A stretch of DNA of 64,000 nucleotides from Macrostomum lignano. Lineage: Eukaryota. This document shows positions 60,614-64,000 of this stretch, one piece after another. The position numbers and the translations under genes were made by a program. The stretch covers positions 112,886 to 176,885 of the forward strand of contig NIVC01002028.1 in assembly GCA_002269645.1 (NCBI GenBank), written 5' to 3'. The stretch's first letter is position 1, and each line of letters begins with the position of its first letter. The notes under the pieces were generated by a model. That model ran no database searches. It was given only the letters and a program-made list of their open reading frames with translations, and had not been told where the DNA came from.

Positions 60614-62886
60614 ATTTTCCCGGGACGGTACATGCATATTGGCTAAGAAATTGCTCAATGTTAAAGGGATTAAATATTCGAAAAACATGATTTTTTGCAA
60701 AGGTCAAGCAGCTCTTTCGACCTGAAATGCATTGTAAGAATGCTAGAGAAAAAACTGACTGACTGAATTCCGATTGTGATAAAGATTGCATCACAACAAG
60801 TTGAAAACAGTGCCGAACAAATGCACACAAAACTTGAATGAAATTGCGTAACCATATTGCCAACTTAAATTGAGACTGATTCTGGCTGACTGAGAAATTG
60901 ATTATGTCATAATTTTTTACTCCAATTGACTTGCTGTAAGAATTGAATTATAAGGGCCACAATTCATGTTCTCCAATTGAAAAGAGATAGCCAAGAAAGA
61001 TGCGAACAGACTGGACTGCTACTGTAGATGATGGAATAGCCGATGTGTAGGCACTAGGAATTGGTTATAGGCTCGGCTAGGGTTCGATTCTGCACTGCGT
61101 CAAATTTATAGGCTCGGCTAGGGTTCGATTCTGCACTGCGTCAAATTTCAGCCAGTAGTGATTGAAGATTATTTAAATTTATTTTTTTCATTCACTTCGT
61201 AAATAAAATATTATCTGACTTTGAATCATTGCAAAAATAGAGCTTGAATCAGACTAAACCAGAGTTTAAATCATGGCTAAACCAGAGTCTGAATCATGGC
61301 TAAACCAGAGTTTAAATCATGGCTAAACCAGAGTCTGAATCATGGCTAAAACCAGTGTTTGAATCATGGCTAAACCAGAGTCTGAATCATGGCTAAACCA
61401 GAGTCTGAATCATGGCTAAACCAGAGTTTAAATCATGGCTAAACCAGAGTCTGAATCATGGCTAAAACCAGTGTTTGAATCATGGCTAAACCAGAGTCTG
61501 AATCATGGCTAAAACCAGTGTTTGAATCATGGCTAAACCATTGTTTGAATCATGGCTAAACCAGAGTTTAAGTCATGGCTAAACCATCGTTTGAATCATG
61601 ACTAAACCAGAGTTTGAATCATGGCTAAACCAAAGTTTGAATCATTTTCCCGGGACGGTACATGCATATTGGCTAAGAAATTGCTCAATGTTAAAGGGAT
61701 TAAATATTCGAAAAACATGATTTTTTGCAAAGGTCAAGCAGCTCTTTCGACCTGAAATGCATTGTAAGAATGCTAGAGAAAAAACTGACTGACTGAATTC
61801 CGATTGTGATAAAGATTGCATCACAACAAGTTGAAAACAGTGCCGAACAAATGCACACAAAACTTGAATGAAATTGCGTAACCATATTGCCAACTTAAAT
61901 TGAGACTGATTCTGGCTGACTGAGAAATTGATTATGTCATAATTTTTTACTCCAATTGACTTGCTGTAAGAATTGAATTATAAGGGCCACAATTCATGTT
62001 CTCCAATTGAAAAGAGATAGCCAAGAAAGATGCGAACAGACTGGACTGCTACTGTAGATGATGGAATAGCCGATGTGTAGGCACTAGGAATTGGTTATAG
62101 GCTCGGCTAGGGTTCGATTCTGCACTGCGTCAAATTTATAGGCTCGGCTAGGGTTCGATTCTGCACTGCGTCAAATTTCAGCCAGTAGTGATTGAAGATT
62201 ATTTAAATTTATTTTTTTCATTCACTTCGTAAATAAAATATTATCTGACTTTGAATCATTGCAAAAATAGAGCTTGAATCAGACTAAACCAGAGTTTAAA
62301 TCATGGCTAAACCAGAGTCTGAATCATGGCTAAACCAGAGTTTAAATCATGGCTAAACCAGAGTCTGAATCATGGCTAAAACCAGTGTTTGAATCATGGC
62401 TAAACCAGAGTCTGAATCATGGCTAAACCAGAGTCTGAATCATGGCTAAACCAGAGTTTAAATCATGGCTAAACCAGAGTCTGAATCATGGCTAAAACCA
62501 GTGTTTGAATCATGGCTAAACCAGAGTCTGAATCATGGCTAAAACCAGTGTTTGAATCATGGCTAAACCAGAGTTTGAATCATGGCTAAACCAGAGTCTG
62601 AATCATGGCTAAACCAGAGTCTGAATCATGGCTAAACCAGAGTTTAAATCATGGCTAAACCAGAGTCTGAATCATGGCTAAAACCAGTGTTTGAATCATG
62701 GCTAAACCAGAGTCTGAATCATGGCTAAACCAGAGTCTGAATCATGGCTAAAACCAGTGTTTGAATCATGGCTAAACCATTGTTTGAATCATGGCTAAAC
62801 CAGAGTTTAAGTCATGGCTAAACCATCGTTTGAATCATGACTAAACCAGAGTTTGAATCATGGCTAAACCAAAGTTTGAATCATGG
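60614..62886 (+). repeat. Tandem segmental duplication (60614-61643 and 61644-about 62886), each copy ending in a 23-bp satellite AATCATGGCTAAACCAGAGT(C/T)TG
   Basis: The unique parts appear identical by eye. Satellite arrays lie at about 61250-61643 and about 62280-62985. Confidence 0.92.
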
Positions 62887-63459
62887 CAAAACCAGAGTTT
62901 GAATCATGGCTAAACGAGAGTCTGACTCATGGCTAAACCAGAGTTTGAATCATGGCTAAACCAGAGTTTGAATCATTGCAAAACCAGTTTTGTTAAAAGT
63001 GATACTGATTATCACTGATATTGATGATATCACTGATATCAGTGATACTGGTAACTCTGATAAGAATTTCACTATGTCAAAAGTACATAGCTGTATCAAC
63101 CCCACTGGCGAGACAGTCATAAATAGATTACATTCACAGTTTTTTTCACTGGCTGGCGCAGACCAGTGTACATTGTGAGCCCTCTGCCCCGGAATTTGGA
63201 CACACGGGCCTGGAGAGCCCACACCCCAAATCATAGGTTTTTTAGATTTAGACCCCTTTCTTCTTTATCGATTTTTCAGTTTCTACCCTGCGTCTTAAGA
63301 TAAGCTCCAATTCAGCCCACTGGATGATAAATAGCCTGTAATAGTTTGGCTCAAGGGCACCTTATCTGATTCTTCAGACATCCAAATTCACAAACTTTCA
63401 TCTTTCAAACCATATCATTCTTTCTGAACTAATTTCATTTCACTTCTCATTTCTCAATC

Positions 63460-63869
63460 ATGGTTCGACGCGGCGCCAGCAGTTTAAAGAAGAGCCGCGA
63501 TGCCAAGCGACGGCGACAGGCAGAATCCGAGGCAGAGCGGGATGCCCGACTGGAAGAACAGCGGCAGCGGGATGCTCAGCGCAGACATGCTGAGACTGAG
63601 GCAGAGCGGGATGCCCGACTGGAAGAACAGCGGCAGCGGGATGCTCAGCGCAGACATGCTGAGACTGAGGCAGAGCGAGCTGCCCGACTGGAAGAACAGC
63701 GGCAGCGGAATGCTCAGCGCAGAGATGCTGAGACTGAGGCAGAGTGGGCTGCCCGACTGGAAGAACAGCGGCAGCGGGACGCTCAGCGCAGAGAGGCTGA
63801 GACTGAGGCAGAGTGGGCTGCCCGACTGGAAGCCGATCGGATTCGTTGCCGTGGAGCTGTGGTTTCTAG
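63460..63869 (+). CDS. First exon with 23-aa STPR-type repeats, likely the N-terminus of a Helitron Rep/Helicase
   Basis: About five ETEAERDARLEEQRQRDAQRRHA units match the STPR pattern E-T-x-x-E-R-x-x-R-L...R20; AG|GTGAGT donor at 63869. Confidence 0.7.
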
Positions 63870-64000
63870 GTGAGTTGTATAGTAACTTTTTATAACAAGT
63901 CTTTATTTTTGTTTTTTCTGAATTGCCTTGAAGGGGATAATTTGTAGTATCTATTTTATTCTGTATAAATTAAGCGGATAACGATTTTTGAGGAATGAAT

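Larger units (their letters stand above)
60513..64000 (+). mobile_element. Helitron 5' portion (continues beyond the window)
   Basis: A|TC start (TCTAATATACTAAAAATGAAATG), the subterminal AACGGCTCAACCGATTTTCTTCAAACTT motif typical of animal Helitrons, no TSD, abrupt truncation of Gypsy pol, and a downstream STPR-type exon. Confidence 0.75.

Noticed and set aside
61066-61150. 41-bp doublet containing GGTTCGATTC (B-box-like)
   Set aside because: No A box or tRNA structure upstream; it is a local duplication only.

Overview
This is eukaryotic (animal) genomic DNA, not prokaryotic: spliced genes with GT-AG introns, GC-rich exons and AT-rich introns packed with minisatellites. The style suggests a lophotrochozoan, possibly a free-living flatworm (inference only). 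Host genes reconstructed by hand: (1) a 3-exon Y_phosphatase3/MptpB-IphP-type phosphatase-fold gene with a fully degenerate P-loop (4777-6393, +); (2) a Cys-loop nicotinic acetylcholine receptor alpha-type subunit (15250-27785, +) with two candidate signal-peptide first exons; (3) a TMEM47/VAB-9/PERP-like claudin-superfamily gene (30291-38449, -) that appears to carry two alternative TM1+ECL1 N-terminal halves spliced onto shared TM2-TM4 exons; (4) a 2-exon DEG/ENaC channel with altered HG and GxS motifs (48125-49939, +); (5) a 4-exon Src-family kinase (51221-53055, -); and a probable orphan terminal exon of a single-pass membrane protein (2244-2809, -). Mobile DNA: a full-length Ty3/Gypsy element (7167-14619) with essentially identical LTRs but a dead interior carrying a nested deleted piggyBac and a tRNA-derived SINE; a second degenerate Gypsy (54056-60512, -) interrupted by a Helitron with an STPR-repeat exon that runs off the window; a hAT-type MITE; and several SINE relics. 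About 20 distinct tandem arrays (9-61 bp units) occupy a large share of the window. No rRNA, bona fide tRNA or CRISPR array was seen. All exon models come from splice signals, phase and motif recognition by eye, not from alignments or RNA data.
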